Shown here in pieces: positions 1 through 18,444 of a stretch of 64,000 bases of DNA. A program made the translations under genes and the position numbers. How positions within the stretch are numbered: the stretch's first letter is position 1; each line of letters starts with the position of its first letter. The notes beneath the pieces were generated by a model. It was not told the DNA's origin, ran no database searches, and saw only the letters and a program-made list of their open reading frames with translations. The stretch lies in the NCBI RefSeq assembly GCF_009914755.1, contig NC_060931.1; one strand, 5' to 3'. This DNA comes from the human T2T-CHM13v2.0 reference genome, Homo sapiens.

Positions 1-19
1 CAGCACATTCTCTGGGCTA

Positions 20-490
20 AGGGCTGTTAAATGTACTATCCCATTTGATCCTCATAAAAACCTTGTGAGGTAGATATTCTTTTATTACTTCTGTTTTTGA
101 GGCGGGGTCTCGCTCTGTTGCCCAGGCTGGAGTGCAGTGGTGTGATCTTGGCTCACTGTAGCCTCAAACTCCTGTGCTCAAGCAATCCTCCCACCTCAGC
201 CTCCTGAGTAGCTGGGACCAGTGGTGCACACCCGGCTAATTTTCACATTTTTTCTGCAGAGACAGGGTTTTGCCATGTTGCCCAGGGTGGTCTCGAACTC
301 CTGAGCTCAAACAATCTACCCGCTTCAGCCTCCCAAAGTGCTTGGATTATAGCCATAAGCCACTGCACCTGGCCTCTTTTTATTCTTATTTTACAGATAA
401 GGAAACTGAGACTTAGGTTAAGTAATGCCCAGAATCACACAGCTTGAAAAATATTTAAAACCCAATCTGTTTGAATTCAGAACATGGCAT
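20..490 (-). mobile_element. MIR fragment split by an Alu
   Basis: ttttacagataaggaaactgagac...gtaatgcccagaatcacacagct is the reverse MIR core; left part tttgatcctcataaaaaccttgtgaggtag lies before the Alu. Confidence 0.7.
94..374 (-). mobile_element. Alu (J-like)
   Basis: Reverse Alu consensus with old diagnostics (gctcaagcaatcctcccacc, tttgccatgttgccc). Confidence 0.93.
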
Positions 491-519
491 TTTACTCCTC
501 TCTCTGGTTCTTGCTCCCA

Positions 520-620
520 CCCTGGCTTCTTGTCTCCTTTCCCCCCCTTTCTTCTCCTTTTCCTCAATTTCTGTATATCTCTCTCTCCCTCTTTTTCTCT
601 TTCTCTCTCTCTCCTTTACC
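520..620. repeat. CT-rich low-complexity tract
   Basis: Pyrimidine-only runs such as ctctctccctctttttctctttctctctctct. Confidence 0.7.
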
Positions 621-2133
621 ATGTAAGTTTATCTATGCATAGCTTTCTTCACATTCTCCAGGGTTTCCATAACCCACAAAACTTTCATTGCCAGGAAGCT
701 TTGCCAGTCCCAGACTCAAAGGCCAAGCAGGGTATCTGATATTCCAGCTACGAGGCTGTTGACTAAGGTCACTGCCCCACTACTGGGCATATCCCACACT
801 CACACATTCTGCCAAGTTGGGACTGTAAATGCATTTCGTCACATGGATGTGAAAATGGCAATTATAAAAGCAGTATTTAGAAATGGCTTCCACTTAGATT
901 TTGGTCAACTAGTTTGTATAAACATGTACTATCAATATAAATAATTTGCATCAGAGAGGTACGTGGCCTCTTCTGTAGAAACATTCTTCATGCTCCAGAA
1001 ATTGTGTCATCAAAACATTATCCAGGTAGCAGTTAACTTCCTTTGATTCAACATGTAGATACATACTTCATAGCTAATATTTTGAGTAATGACTGTACAA
1101 ACATATGCCTAGTGGTTCACATCCATAATCTCATTTAACCAAGGCTTACAGGGTTAAATAACAGCCCAATTGTCACTTACTAAGTTGCAGAGCCATTTCT
1201 CCAATAAAGGTGGGCCTCCTGTCAGGATCTAAGTTCTCAACCCTTCTGCTCTCAGTGACAAATATAGGGCCATCCCTGTGGAAGATAAAAATGAAATGGC
1301 TCAGTCAAACAACATAGAATCCATTAACAAACATTTTTTAAAAGGTTTACAAACATAATAATAAAGGACAGAATGCAACCTAATAGCACCTTCTTGTCCA
1401 ACAGATAAGAAGTAGTAATGATATCTTAGAGCAGACCTTTAATTTGTGAGGGATGCTTTTTAAGAGAACTTAGAGAAAAGAGGAAACCACAGAGCATACT
1501 CAGAGGCAGGCAACTCTCCAAACAATTACTTCTGCAGAGTCGAGTCAAGACTGAGTTGAGACTGATGGGGTAAAAGTCCAGAAAGTCAGTGATGGGGGTG
1601 GGTTTAAAACTTGTATGCATCTGGAGATAAAGAGGTCAGAAGGGCTGAGGAAAGATTAGAGTTAATGACCCACATGGACTAGAAATCCTCTGGCAGTAAG
1701 TAACCCCTGACACCAGGGGGTGGCTGATACAATCAGAACAGGACAGACACCGAGAAGTCAAAAACTAACCATTAGTAAATACAATAGGGCTTTTGAAGGC
1801 CAAGACTCCTCCTTGCTTTATTTATTTATTTATTGCTATAGATCATTTACTTAATACACGATAGTTCTTAGGATAGTACACACTGTTAACTTATAATCAT
1901 TATTAGGTTGAGAGAGAAAAACACAAATTAAACATCACACACAAATTAAAGATCTGTTCTCTTTAACAAATCATGACTACTCTTTATCTGTTGGGCTGAG
2001 AATGTAATATTAGGTTGTATTCTGTCCCTTATTGTTATATTTGTAAAGTTTGTATACAAAAAGAGAAGATTCTCCCAAACTATTTTCTTTAGATACCTGA
2101 CTGGAGGAGTTGGGAAGGAGTCAATGCCAGTAA

Positions 2134-2439
<306 letters not shown>

Positions 2440-2608
2440 TGATTGCCATTTTTGAAGGGTTGAAATCACTCTGTCATGATCTAATCTCCAACAGTTTTTA
2501 AATGACCATAAACTCCAGTCACACTGGCGATGGAGTGGTCTCTCCACCAAAATCCTACTTTTAATAATGTCTATCCATCTTTACTTTCAAACATTTTAAA
2601 AATCTGGG

Positions 2609-2902
2609 GGCCGAGCGTGGTGGCTCACGCCTGTAATCCCTGCATTTTGGGAGGCTGAGGTGGGTGGATCACGAGGTCAGGAGTTCAAGACCAGCCTGGC
2701 CAAGATGGTGAAACCCCGTCTCTACTAAAAATACAAAAATTAGCCAGGCATGGTGGCAGGCACCTGTAATCCAGCTACTCGGGAGGCTGAGGCAGAAAAC
2801 TGCTTGAACCCAGGAGGCGGAGGTTGCAGTGAGCTGAGATAGCGCCACTGCACTCCAGTCTGGGCAACACAGCAAGACTCTGTCTCAAAAAAAAAAAAAA
2901 AA
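2609..2902 (+). mobile_element. AluS
   Basis: ggccgagcgtggtggctcacgcc...ctcaaaaa with poly-A. Confidence 0.95.
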
Positions 2903-4103
2903 TTGGAAGAATGCAGAACCAGGGGGTTCCATAGCTTGGTGGAACAGTTGCAAGGCTTGACTTCCTTCGATAAGTGTTCATCAAAGACTGATTTTTCCAA
3001 ATGAGGAGACTTATTCTGCTCATTTCCTGCCTGCAGTCACATCTCCTAGTTGGGGTGCTGCATGGAATGGTAAAAGCTATAATGCAAATATTTCTCAGAA
3101 AAAGAAGTGCATTTGTACTCCATTTGCCCTTTAAGGGTTATCTGATTTCAATCATCTTTTTCCAAAAAATCTTGCTAGAACTTGCAAAGTTCTAATAGAA
3201 ATTGGTATGAAGCAGTCAGGCAATGGCAAGTACAAGAGGGAAAAAATGAAGAGTCTTGACTTTGAAAAGTATTTACATACATTCCAGAGCATTCTAAACA
3301 CATGAAGAATAAACTTAGCAGGGAAAGGCATTCCATGCCTAAAATTGTGTCTTTGAAACTAGGATCTGAGTGGAAGAAATAAGTTATGTTATTAATATAT
3401 GGTGAGGAACAGAACAGAAATTGAAGGCGCAAATGAAGTGTTCGTGGAAGATTCGTGAGACAGAAGGGCAAATATACACCAAGTAGATACTTCTCCTACG
3501 GACACGCTTTGCAATTTGAGCATTTTTGAGCTTGCAATGGAATTTTAAAGCCATCCAGAAACAACAGATGTTTGAACCCAAATGATCCAACGTCTTGATG
3601 CCAAAATTAGGGCTCTGAAGAGGAACGTTAAGAGTTGGAGCACATGAAGAATAACTTCAGTAACTCTTCTCTAATGCAACAGTTGAAAGATTTATTCTAT
3701 GGCTTGCTGACCTACCCTTTTATCTGTGCCCAATTATATTTGAAGTGATAAAAATCTCTGTCGAATGGGAGTATTAATAACTAAAATTCAAGTCTCTTTT
3801 CTAAATCTGACTTCAATCTCTTCTCTCTCCTCTTTGAGCATTCAATCTCTAAATCAAATTATGAAATCAGAAGGAGGGCCCTTCTGAACATTATCTATTC
3901 CCAAATTTTTGCATATGAAAACCAATAATAGATTATGGCTGTACTTACACAGCACAGGATTATCTAGCTAATTTAATAGTTGTAAGCAGCCAAGCCAGGT
4001 ACTGTGAGCAAGCAAACAAAAACCAATCAACAGCAACTCCCACCAACAATGAACAACCAAACTGCATTTTGCAAGCTATTCTTTTTCCAGATTAAATCGG
4101 TAA

Positions 4104-4435
<332 letters not shown>

Positions 4436-4632
4436 ATTGCTTTACTTGATTTAAAATGACATGTCATTTAATCCTAAAACAAGAACGTTATTTTTTCATT
4501 AGTTTGTTGGATTTTTTTTTCCTCCTGCCTCTCTGTTAAATAAGAAAATGCCATTTAGACATCAAATCACTTCATTCAGTTTCCAAAGAAACTTCTTACA
4601 TATCTCATTTACCAAATAAACTTCCCTTCCTA

Positions 4633-4800
<168 letters not shown>

Positions 4801-5877
4801 TTATTCGTTTCCAGAAAAAATGCAAGCATAAAGATATTTCTTAACTCAGTCACTCAAATGCTGTAAAATAGCACCTTTGGGGAGAAAGTGGCAGTATGAT
4901 CATGGTTCTAAAAGGCAGCCAGGAACTCAAAATTGTAACAACATTTTAAAAATAGCGTCGCAGCTATGATTACAATTTAGCTCCATAGCACGTAAGCATG
5001 GTATGAACAGGAAATGGGAGTACATCTTCAGAGCCTGATAAGATTCACTAATGTAAGACATATGCTCTGTTTCTCAGCTTGCAAGCTAGGCCTAGCCAGA
5101 AAGAAGGAAAGCATACATGTTTATCTTTAACCTAAAGATCAAATTTATAAACCTTGGAAGATTTTTTGAATTGCTATTGAATTAAGTGATGAACTCGAGA
5201 AATGTGCAGCATAGATTCAATTGTGAATTTGAAAAATAAAGGTTTGAAGTAACTTCCAAAGGAAAATTAATTGTTAGCCATGCATCACAAGCCTGGGTTA
5301 TCTCAGGGCAGCCTCAACAAGGCAGAACTTGTCCTTAGAGAAATGATTGCTAATCAAGGGGACATTCCTAACAAAAATATCTCCATTATCTATAAAAGAC
5401 CAAAGTTGAGTTCACTAAGGATGGTATGTTTTAAGAACATTCTACAGTATCAATAATTATTCAGAGTTCTACTTAGAACAAGTAGAAATATGTCAGGATG
5501 CCTTTAATATGACTCATATTTTAGGAGGGAACTGATGGTTTACTTGTTTCCAGATTTATTTTAGAAAAAGTAGAAGATAGTGCAACATGGTTCAACAGTA
5601 GACACACAGCAGTACATTTAAGTACACACAAACTAATCAAATCACCCAATTTTACAGTCCATATTAAAGACAATGAAAAGGAGCCAAATATCAGTCTCTA
5701 TCATCAAATACAAATTGGATTTATAATCCTTTGATATGGATCATGGTAAAGAAATGTTGACACATTTGGAAAACAACACCCCCTCCCACCCCCCACCAAA
5801 AGTATTATGATTTAGATTTCTAGCTTCTATTTCTTCACCAAAAAAGTCTAGGTTTTTCTGGTTATTCAGAATAAGAA

Positions 5878-7150
5878 TAAATTCACTCGTTCCACAAATG
5901 TTTATTGAGGGCTTCCCATGCATGAAGCACTGTTGTAATTGCCAGAGATATAGCAGTGGGAAAGACAGATAAGGAGCTCACATGCTAGTACGAGACGTCA
6001 GCTAATAAATAAATAAACAAGAGTTCTTCAAGGGTAATTAGTGCTGTGAAGGGGATGAAAGAGTGATGTGTAGAGAAAGACAGAAAAGGTGGGGACTATT
6101 TTAAATAGGATGGTCAAGGAAAGGCTTGTCTGAGCTGAGACCTGAAGAGCAAGAAGCAAATAAGTGAATATACTGGGGAATGATCTGGAGAAGAGGCAAG
6201 AACCAGTGCAAAGTTCCTGAGGCAGTAACAGGCTTGACTTCTTCAAGGAACAGAAAAAAAGGCAGCAAGGTGATAATTAATGAGGAGAGGGAAAAAGATG
6301 AGCTTGGAAAGGCAGGCAGGGACCAGATCACATGGGACCTGTTGTACCTTGCTAACAGGTTGGGACTTTTTACGAACAATGAAAAGCCATTGAAGAATTT
6401 ATATGAGTGAGTAATGTTTATCTGATTTATATATTATAATTAAAATAAAAATATCTGATCTGATTTTATTTTAATTATAAAATTTTTCAGGCATCTAAGA
6501 ACTTACAGACAACAAGAAAAGGGATACCTTAAGAAATCAGATTCAGTTAAAATCCCCATGGTACTCTTTTCAGTCCTATTCTCCTCCCTCTTTAAAGGTA
6601 ACTGCCATTCTAAACTTTATGCTTGTAATTTTCTTGCATGTTTTTGTGCTTTTACCACACATACTCATACATATCTATAAACAATATGTAGCACTGCCTT
6701 GCATGTTTTTAAACTTTATATGAATGGTACCATACTGTGCATATTCTTCTGTACTTGCTTTTTTACCTTCAGTATTATGTTGCTGAGATTTATCCATGCT
6801 CATTAATCCTTAGCAACTACTTAGCATTTTCTTGGATTAACATGTCGTGATTTCTCCATTCCTTGGTTGAAGGGCATTTATGTTGTTTTCAATGTTTTTG
6901 TTCATATCTCCCTGGGCAGACAATGGAAAATAGACAAGAGTAGAAATACATAAGCCAGTTAGAAGACTCTTCAGTAGCCCAGCAGAAAGCTAGTGGAGGC
7001 TAGGATTAAGAGAACAGCAATTGAGATGAAAAGAAATGGAGAAACTTAGTATACGTTTTGGAGATGCAGCTGATTGGACTTGCTGATGAATTTGATAGGC
7101 AAGAGGGGTTGCTGAGAGAAGGTGAAAAATCAAGGATGAATACTAATTTT
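5878..7150 (-). mobile_element. L2 fragments with an interposed old L1M piece (about 6550-6915)
   Basis: Reverse L2 3' end (acaaatgtttattgag...cactgttg...agatatagcagtg) and the purine-rich L2 body. Confidence 0.7.
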
Positions 7151-7589
7151 TGGCCTTGAGCAATTTTAAAGGCATCTAAAGGCTGAAATCTAGAACTCTA
7201 AAAGGTGTTTTATGATGTCGTATTTTAATTACTTAAGGTTAGTGAAAATCTTATCTTACTTATACTTGCGTCTCCTCTAGTGCTTTGCAATGTATAATAT
7301 TAGGTAACCCCAAAAATTTTGTTGAATGAATAATAGACTTTACAATTGCTTCTCTATGGTGCATAGGAATTATATTTAGATTTAGTCATATGACAATCTT
7401 GAATATTGTCAGAAAAAAAGTGAAATGATGCTAGATTTTATTAAAATAATGCAGGAATAAATCCATTTATCTTTGGGAGTTATTAATAAAGCAAGATTGG
7501 CTATATGTTAAACATTTTTGAAGCTGAGTATTATATGAGAGTTGAATTTTTGTGATTTTTGGAAAATTCCAAGATAAAAAGTTTAAAAA

Positions 7590-7889
7590 GGCCAGGCATG
7601 GTAGCTCATGCCTGTAATCCCAGCACTTTGGGAGGCCGAGGTGGGTGGATTGCCTGAGCTCAGGAGTTCAAGACCGCCCTGGGCAACATGGTGAAACCCT
7701 GTCTCTACTAAAATACAAAAAATTAGCTGGGTGCGGTGGTGGATGCCTGTAGTCCCAGCTACTCAGGAAGCTGAGGCAGGAGAATCGCTTGAACTCAGGA
7801 GGTGGAGGTTGCAGTGAGCCAAGATTGCGCCATTGCACCCCAGCCTGGGCAACAGAGTGAGGCTCCGTCTCAAAAAAAAAAAAAAAAAA
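7590..7889 (+). mobile_element. Alu
   Basis: Full Alu with poly-A; TSD aaaaagtttaaaaag. Confidence 0.95.
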
Positions 7890-7966
7890 GTTTAAAAAGA
7901 GATTTTTAAAAATTTAGCCATTTCCCCATCGAGAAGAGAATTGTCCCCTATTTGTCACTTCAAATA

Positions 7967-8012
7967 TTAGGTTGGTATAAAGGTAATTGCAGTTTCTACC
8001 ATTAAAAGTAAT
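7967..8012. mobile_element. Half MADE1 (Hsmar1-derived MITE)
   Basis: ttaggttggtataaaggtaattgcagtttctaccattaaaagtaat resembles the MADE1 arm TTAGGTTGGTGCAAAAGTAATTGCGGTTTTTGCCATT. Confidence 0.7.
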
Positions 8013-8379
8013 ATAAACATCCAAATAATAACCACTCTAACGAAGCAGCTTGTCAGAGAATTAGGAATTCCAGCCAAGTTCTTAACTTCTTGGGGCTTAT
8101 AAACCCCTTAGAAAACATGATGAAACATATGAACACTTTTCCTGGAAAAAAAGCACATGTATACAAATTTGCATAAATATAGCCAGGTGTTTTTGACATT
8201 CTTTGAAGCTAATGTCATAGACCAGATTAAGAAAAGAAGGTCAGTTAAAGACCTGCATTGAAGTTCTGATACTATTATATGAATTGTTAGGTAATTTGTT
8301 AACCTGAAATTTTGTCACATTAGTTTTTTAATTGTTTAATATTCTACTCCACAGTTGGTACTTACATTCCTACCCAGAG

Positions 8380-8585
8380 TTTGCAGCCAGACGATTGGGG
8401 TTTGAGCCTTCCCTTTCCCACTTTTAAGCTGTAAGATCTCAGAAAGTCACTTAACCTTTCTGAGCCTCAGCTTCTTTATCTATAAGTTTGAAATAGTAAT
8501 AAATACACTAAGTGCTATTGTGTGATAAAATGAGCTAATATAATTGAAAGTCCTTCATAAGATGTAAAGAGCACTGTAAATTGGT
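8380..8585 (+). mobile_element. MIR
   Basis: aagtcacttaacctttctgagcctcagcttctttatctataa matches the MIR core. Confidence 0.75.
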
Positions 8586-8627
8586 GGTCATATTTTATAC
8601 CATTATGTGCCAGAAACTCTTCTAAAC

Positions 8628-8653
8628 TTTTTTTTTTGAGATGGAGTTTTGCT
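8628..8653 (-). mobile_element. 3' stub of an AluSp-like element interrupted by the GCSH retrocopy
   Basis: ttttttttttgagatggagttttgct; the Alu resumes at 11650. Confidence 0.85.
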
Positions 8654-11649
<2,996 letters not shown>

Positions 11650-11924
11650 GGAGTTTCGCTCTTGGTGCCCAGGCTGGTGCAATAGCGCGATCTCGGCTCA
11701 CTGTGACCTCCGGCTCCTGGTTCAAGCGATTCTCCTGCCTCAGCCTCCCGAGTAGCTGGTATTACAGGGGCGCGACACCGAACCCAGCTAATTTTTGTAT
11801 TTTTAGTAGAGATGGGATTTCACCATATTGGTCAGGGTGGTCTCGAACTCCTGACCTCAGGTGATCCACCCGCCTCGGCCTCCCAAAGTGCTGAGATTAC
11901 AGGCGTGAGCCACCGCGCCCGTCC
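11650..11924 (-). mobile_element. Main body of the AluSp-like host element
   Basis: ggagtttcgctctt...caccgcgcccgtcc; Alu TSD taaacttttt at 8623-8632 and 11925-11934. Confidence 0.93.
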
Positions 11925-11934
11925 TAAACTTTTT

Positions 11935-12075
11935 AAGTACTGTCATTAACCTCATTTTTACCCATTAGAAAATTGAGGTTGGGAGAAGTCAAGTAACTTG
12001 CTTGGTGTCACACAGCTAGTAAGTAGTGGAATTAGGATTTGAGCCCAGCCATTCTGACTCTAGATTGACTGCCCT
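11935..12075 (-). mobile_element. MIR, outermost host; its other end is at about 8600-8627
   Basis: gaaaattgagg...aagtaacttgc...cacacagctagtaagtagtggaattaggatttgagcccag; left part tatgtgccagaaactcttctaa. Confidence 0.7.
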
Positions 12076-12322
12076 TAATTCTTATGCTGCGAATTACATT
12101 ATTATTTACCCAAAATATAACATCCCTCCACTGCCCTATGATATAATGTTTTGATCATCTGATTAATTCTGTTAACCTAGCACTGTGAGGAAAACTATAA
12201 TTCAAGTAGCAGTCAAATTCTAAGAAAAAAATATATGCCACTTTCATCTATGTTAAACCTTGTGTTGGTTTTTAAAACAATTTTTAACTAAAGTGTTTTA
12301 CATTTAAATTTCATATTCTTAA

Positions 12323-12971
<649 letters not shown>

Positions 12972-13009
12972 TGTTTAATTTTTATATTGTAAAATTTTAC
13001 TTTATTTAA

Positions 13010-14420
13010 GACCTTCTTTGGAGAAGTGCTTGTGGAGGCTGGGGCAGGGAAAACACAAGGTGAGTCTGAGGCATCATGTGGTGCCAAAAAAGTAAGGAGT
13101 GCTAAAAAAAATAATGGGGGCATGTCAGGAAGACATAGGGGCCAACTAGAAAGAGCTCCCAGTGGCCAAAGCTGAAGCAATTTGATCAAAAAGTAAGTAA
13201 CAATAGCATTGGATTACAATCCACATAATAAATATTTATGAATTCATATTGATATTAACAAATAATTGCATTTTTAAAAACTAATGGAACAAAAGAGACA
13301 GCCTACATAAAATTCCAATTAATAAATATGGAAAAAATGAGGGAAATAGAAAATTAAAAACAGAACACCACACTAATATTTGTTGCAGGCAAGATCCATT
13401 AATGAATGCTTAAAATCAGTGGAATAGAAACAGGATATTTTCAATTTCAACATATCTTCCCCAAGATATTTATTAATAATAAAGGTAAAAATAGTAACTT
13501 TGTAGTGGAGAAACCTGGCAAATAGCACCTTAATCAAGTGATGGAGACTAGCATTACTGTAATAAGACATATCAGTATCATGAACCCCCGATCATGATGT
13601 TGTGAGAAGGGCCCATCATTGCTGTGTATGCTTATCAAAAAATGCATAAACTTGATTTAATCATGAGAAAACATCAGACACAGAAAAACTGAAGAACATT
13701 CTACAAAAACCTGACCAGTACTCTTCAAAAATGTGAAGGTCATGAATGTCAAGGAGACACCGAGTCTACATAAAGTCTACATAGTTGGCAACTAAAAGGA
13801 CGTAACAACTAAATGCAATGTGGGGCCGGGTGCAGTGGCTCATGCCTGTAATCCCAGCACTTTGGGAGGCCAAGGCAGGAGGACCACTTGAGGTCAGGGG
13901 TTCGAGACCAGCCTGGCTAACATGGCGAAACCCCATCTCTACTAAAAATACAAAAATTGGCCAGGCGTGGTGGCATGGGCCTGTAATCCGAGCGACTTGG
14001 GAGGTGGAGGCAGGAGAATCGCTTGAACCCAGGAGGTAGAGGTTGCAGTGAGCCAAGATCACACAACTGCACTCCAGCCTGTGCAACAGAGTGAGACTCC
14101 ATCTCAAATAAATAAATAAATTAATTAATTAAAAAAAGAAAAACCAAAAATAAGCAAATAAATGCAATGTGGGATCCCAAATTGGATCCTAGAAAAGAAA
14201 AATGATATTGGGAAAACCAGGGCAATACAAATAAAGTCTGTAGTTTAACTAATAATAGTATTATACCAATGTTAATTTACTAGTTTTGACAATTGTAATA
14301 TGGTTACATAAAATGTAAACATTAGGGGAAGCTGGGTGAAGCGTACATGGGAATTCTTAGTACTATTTTTGTAACTTTTCTGTAAGTCTAAAATTATATC
14401 AAAATAAAATGCTAAGAAGG
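13010..14420 (+). mobile_element. Old L1M 3' region containing AluS 13824-14158
   Basis: L1M 3' UTR motifs (gtggagaaacctggcaa, ttttctgtaagtctaaaattat); Alu TSD taaatgcaatgtgg at 13810 and 14159. Confidence 0.8.
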
Positions 14421-16389
14421 AAAGTAAGCCCAGACCCTGCATTGTTTTAAAAAATTGTTTAAACAATCTAGTCCAATATTTCCCCAAATTCAGTCATTTG
14501 AATATAAATTTCAGGATTTTGACAATCTATGTAATAATAGTAATATCAACAACAACAATCAACATGTAGTGAATTGTCACAATATTTGACAAGGGAGGAA
14601 AATGAGGCGCAAAAAAGTAAGCAACTTATTCAAGGTCACAGAACTAATAGCTGGTAGAACCAGGATTCAACCTTAGGCAATTTGATGTAGCATTCATCTT
14701 CATTTCTCCTCTATACTATCTCTGACCTGTATCCTGTACTGCTATGATATGTATTATTATTTACTTACTAACTTAAAATTAAACCCATTTTTAAACTTAA
14801 AAAACAATAATCAAGCAAAATAATAAGCTATGTTATAGGGTCCTCAGGACAGAAGTTTTTGTTTTATCCACTAATATTTTATTCACAAGTTCATTGAACA
14901 GTGCCTGGCACACAGAAGGTACTCAACAAATATTTGTTGTGTGAATAAGTGAATAAATAACTTTATATCACAACTATAAGTAGCAAACCAGCACCATTTG
15001 CCAGAAATAGAAAGTTATCTTCTAAGTAAATATGATGAAAATAATATAAAATTATTAAATGTTATTGCTTCCTGAAGGCTCTGGACCTGAGCCCAGTATC
15101 TCTATATTTAAAAAGTAGTGTAAGTGTTAGAAGATATCAAAAGAGGATACCAGTTCCAAACAGACTTTCTATTTGATTTAATCAGATGGATTTAAAGAGA
15201 ATAATTTTCTGAGCAAACCAATTTTATTTGAAGTCATATCAGTATGCCACCTAAAATCATCATACAAATGACCAGGGTAATGTCCCATTCTTTAGGAAAG
15301 ATGGCCTTCTTGTAAAGGGACCAGTTGAGTCAGGGTTCATATAATATTAGACAATTCAGTCTCTCTCAATCTTCTTCACTCTTCCTTAAATATCATCTTG
15401 TCTGTAATATCCTACTTCCTCTTATTTACCTCTCTATTCCTACCACCAATCCCCTAGATAATTATTTGTCTCTGTAACACTCTTTGTGCATTTCTCTTTA
15501 ATAGCACTTAAAACATAAATTCTTAAATTCATAATTATCTTTTCCCAAGTCTGTCTCCTTCACTTAAATTATAATTATATTGGGCATCAGAGAGAGTGTC
15601 ATAGCATGTTTATATCTCCAGAGCTCATACCACTATCTAAAAAGATGAAAGGCCCATAATAAATTGTTGATTTATTAAATTAAGCAAATTAGAGGAAAAG
15701 AGAGAATTGTCCAATTTTCTTCTATCCATGAAGCCATGATTTTGTCATTGCCTGCATTTGAGACGCTTACTCTTGAGATCATTCATAAGATCTTCCCAAA
15801 TACACATAAGGGTTCTACATGAAGATGAAAGGTACATATTGATCCTTTCCTTCAAAAGACTTCAGAATTAATTTGCTTCCTAGGGCAATTATAATATAAT
15901 ATCATTCTCCCTTTGGGAGAATAAATGCTTCGCCCAGGATGGGCAACTCCTTCGTAGATGTGACTGCAGCATTTTTGCAGCTTGCTGATAAAGTGGGGTA
16001 GTGCTAAGGTCACTTTTCTATACCTGGGTGATGATCTCTGCTCTCCACAGAAAAAAATAATGGAACAATACAGGTCCTAGCTGACATGAGTAAGAAAGGT
16101 ACAAGATAGTAAAGGAAACACATCACAGAACAACATTTTTACTAGAAACCAGAGCTGCAACCTTCCTCAGATATCTCTTAAGATGGCTAATAACAGTTTC
16201 TTGGAAACTAGCCTGTTAATAACTATTGCATTTGAGAACAGGATTCAATATATAAATACAAGCCCTAATATAGAGGCACATAGCAAGCATCACTAAAATA
16301 TTGAGCTGAAATCATCTCCATATTATGAAATTATTATTCAGAAAGCAATAGCTTTCATATATATATGAATAGAATGGAAAAGAGTCTAT

Positions 16390-18324
<1,935 letters not shown>

Positions 18325-18391
18325 CTAATATCAGTGGCCATCTGTTGAGGTGGAGTGATGAAACAAAGTGGATGGAACACAGGGTGAGAAG

Positions 18392-18393
<2 letters not shown>

Positions 18394-18441
<48 letters not shown>
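18394..18441. repeat. (AC)24 microsatellite
   Basis: Uninterrupted AC dinucleotide run of 48 nt. Confidence 0.97.
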
Positions 18442-18444
<3 letters not shown>

